From Octopus sinensis (taxonomy: Eukaryota): DNA of 64,000 nt. Under the pieces are notes generated by a model. That model was not told the DNA's origin. It saw only the letters and a list, made by a program, of their open reading frames with translations, and did no database searches. Below, in pieces: positions 60,751 to 64,000 of this stretch (positions are counted from its first letter, which is position 1; every line of letters starts with the position of its first letter). The DNA lies in the NCBI RefSeq assembly GCF_006345805.1, contig NC_043000.1:12524001-12588000 (forward strand). The letters are read 5' to 3'. Both the position numbers and the translations under genes were made by a program.

Positions 60751-61564
60751 CTACTGCCCACTGATGTGTTATTAGCTGGGGGTGGTGTTGTGGTGTAGGT
60801 CCAATATGGAGTGGCAACAATGCTGTGGGTAACAGCTGGGTACATGGGAGGAGACAAAGAGACAATCAGGACACACAGACAATTGAAAGTAATCAAATAA
60901 CATCAATAAATACATCAATGCAGTGATAGATGTGGTGGGGAGCGAGGAGGAGGAGGAGGTGGAGTTTGAGAGAAGATAACAGATTGAAAATAGGAGTGTA
61001 TTCATAGATGCACAAGTAGATGCGTATTTGTGTGAATACACACACATATATATACATATACACACTAGACACACACACACATGTATATATATGCACACAT
61101 ACTCATATAAATACACATTCATGACTACACACACATACATATGCACAAACTGAATACATGAATGTGTGTGATGTGATGCACTGGTTGACCTAGTCAACAT
61201 ATTTTCAGTTTTCAACCATAAAACTGGAAATTAATTATTTCACAAATTAACACCCAAAATTAATTGAAAAAAGGGGAATTTCATATCACCATCATCATCA
61301 TCATCATTCAACATCCGCTTTTCATCCTAGCATGGGTTGGACGATTTTGACTGAGGGCTGGCAACCCCGAAAGGATGAAAGGCAAAGTCGACCTTGGCGG
61401 AATTTGAACTCGGAACGTAATGGCAGACGAAATACCGCAAAGCATTTCGCCCGGCGTGCTAACGATTCTGCCAGCTCGCCGCCTTCTTACTACACAGCTA
61501 TATGTGTATGCATACAAATCTCAAGCTTACACTGCTATATATGTGTACAACACATACATACTCA

Positions 61565-61840
61565 CACCGCATTGACTGGCCTCCGTGCTGGTGGTATGTA
61601 AAAAACACCATCCGAGCGTGGCCGTTCACCAGCCTCGTCTGGCACCTGTGTCGGTGGCACATAAAATCACTCACTACACTCTCGGAGTGGTTGGCGTTAG
61701 GAAGGGCATCCAGCTGTAGAAACACTGCCAGATCTGACTGGCCTGGTGCAGCCTTCGGGCTTCCCAGACCCCAGTTGAACCGTCCAACCCATGCTAGCAT
61801 GGAAAGCGGACGTTAAACGATGATGATGATGATGATGATA
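61565..61840 (+). mobile_element. RTE LINE 3' UTR fragment
   Basis: Same tail motif plus (GAT)n. Confidence 0.8.
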
Positions 61841-62444
61841 TATTCATATATATATTTATATATATACACAAACACAGATATATAGAAGTTTCAGCTGATT
61901 TTCTTTAATATGAAGCTACAAAAAAAAAAGCAATAAAAAAAGAAGCTAACCATATTTTATGACAGTAATTCCCAAACGTTTTTGGCCTGCCACCCCCTTG
62001 ACACCCTGACCACATTCCTAGCACCCCCATCACAAATAACCATCACAAACATAGACCTCTTTCTGAAGCAAATTCAAAGCCACTGTATTTAACAAATAAA
62101 ACTTAACCTAATGAACCTATTATCTTCTTGTTTTTACATGAATCCACTACCTCATTATTGCCCCACTTTTTACATGAATCACTACCCCATTATCACCCAA
62201 CTTTTCTTCAACGCCCCCTTGGAACTTTCCACCACCCACAAGGAGGCAATACCACCCAATTTGGGAACCACTGTTTTATAACAATCAGAAATGTTTATTA
62301 GTTTGTTTAGACTATTAGTTCTAAGTATTTATTTACATTATAGAATATCTATTTTTGGCTTAAGCAATCAATAAACAAATCACATTCATGAACATAACAA
62401 CCACAGTGTGCTTTCATATATATATATATATATATATAGGTACA

Positions 62445-62820
62445 GGCATAGCTGTGTGCTAAGAAATCTACTTTCCAACCACATGGTTCCGGTTCAGTCC
62501 CACTGTGTGGGCAGGTATCTTGTACTATAGCCTTGGTCTGATCAAAGCCTTTTGAGTGGATCTGGTAGAGGAAATCGAAAGAAGCCTGTCATACATATAC
62601 ATCTATATGAATGAATCTTTGTGACTGGGTATGTCACCCACCACTGCTTGATAACCAGTGTTGGTTTATTTACATCCCCATAATACAGCAGTTCAGCAAA
62701 AGAAACTGACAGAATAAATACTTGGCTTTAAAAAAAAAAGTACTCAGGTCAGCTCATTTAGCTAAAAGTTCTTCCCAGCATGGTCGCAGTGTAATGACTG
62801 AAAAAGTAAAAGATAAAAAG
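62445..62820 (+). mobile_element. SINE family B
   Basis: Full-length copy. Confidence 0.78.
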
Positions 62821-62972
62821 TACACACACACACACACATATAATCGCAGATGTGTCTGTGTGATAAGAAGCTTGTTTCTTGAGGCGGCAAGCTGGCAGAA
62901 ATGTCAGCGCACCAGGCGAAATGCTTATCGGCATTTCGTCTGCCGTTACGTTTGGAGTTCAAATCCCACCGA

Positions 62973-63252
62973 GGATTCGGATACAACTTTCAGGGATGTT
63001 TGGCCTCATGACTAACACAAACTCATTAGGTTTTGGGATCGATCCAGTACCGGACAAGGATTCTGGATTATTTTTCCAGTTTTTTTTTTTACTTAATTTT
63101 TGAGAACAGTCGGGTTCATTTTTAGTATTTTTGTTTGTGAGAGCAGTCGAGTTTATTTCAGATATTCTCATTTTTAAAAATCATCTCCGCTAATCGTTGA
63201 GAGGACGTGGTCTTGCCTTGGCAGAGGTTTGCATTCACTGAGTGCTCTAGTT
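62973..63252 (+). mobile_element. Helentron-associated (HINE/DINE-like) element 3' part
   Basis: Terminus gccttggcagaggtttgcattcactgagtgctCTAGTT. Confidence 0.55.
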
Positions 63253-63539
63253 CATGTTTTGAATTAATTCTGCATTATCTTGTAGTTTAAAGATTTCAAT
63301 GAAGTGATTGTTTAATTTTAGAATGACATTGTAGGGTTAGAGTGAGAGGTCGCATCTGGTCAATTTCAACATAAAACAGATTAAATATTTTGGCCTGATA
63401 TTACTAGTTTGAATGCTAAAGGGTCAAACCTAATGACCTTATGCCTTAAGGGGGAAAACAATACACAGAAAAACCTTTCAACAGGCAAAAATTAGCTACA
63501 TATGTAGAGAAGATAGTTTTCAATTAATGTTATTCTAGC

Positions 63540-63900
63540 AATGTGTGGTAAGAAGCTTGCTTCACAACCACATGGTTCCAGGTTCAGTCCCACTGCATGG
63601 TGCACTGGGTGTCTTTTACTATAGTCCTCAGGCTGACCAAAGCCTTGTAAGTGGATTTGGTAGACAGAAACTGAAAGCAGCCCATCATGTGTGTGTGTGT
63701 GTGTGTGTGTGCACATGCGTGTTTGTGTCTTGACAACCAGTTTTGGTGCAACTTAGCGGTTTAGCCTAAGACACCAATAGAAAAAGTACAAGGCTTAAAA
63801 AATAAGTCCTGGGGTCGATTTGTTCGATTAAAAAATACCTTTCAAGGTGGGGCTTCAGCATGGCTGCAGTCAAATGACTGGAACAAGTAAAAGATTAAAA
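63540..63900 (+). mobile_element. SINE family B
   Basis: Full-length copy. Confidence 0.78.
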
Positions 63901-64000
63901 GAATTCCTTACAACAGCCAGCATTGAAAGAGAGGAAAGCAACTGTATGTAAATAGAGAACACATGTACAAGCTCATCACAAGAACATCAATCACACCTCA

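Overview
AT-rich, repeat-saturated animal genomic DNA. The SINE, RTE-LINE and microsatellite repertoire looks like an octopus (coleoid cephalopod) genome; this is inferred from recalled repeat families, not from a search. Only one convincing host coding exon was found: an 87-bp minus-strand exon (10551-10637) encoding part of the N-terminal BAR domain of an ASAP-family ArfGAP. The rest of the window is therefore probably two very large introns (>10 kb and >53 kb). Almost all ORFs in the supplied track are microsatellite or SINE artefacts. The intronic DNA holds four tRNA-derived SINE families (several in tandem arrays), RTE and HERO LINE remnants, non-autonomous Helitron-like elements, piggyBac/hAT MITEs and a fragmented Penelope-like element with RT and GIY-YIG domains. 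The main hidden signal is a set of type I hammerhead ribozyme motifs: intact cores at 19291-19365 (+) and 35152-35237 (-, sense to the ASAP pre-mRNA), a one-substitution core at 52666-52745 (+), and a decayed copy near 32.1 kb. Each of the first three sits in a Penelope-type terminal-repeat-like segment inserted at a (TA)n tract. Other points of interest are three long fold-back hairpins, a LINE copy with a twin-priming-like inversion, and satellites derived from SINEs or other repeats. Repeat boundaries were read by eye and are approximate unless a target-site duplication (TSD) is quoted.
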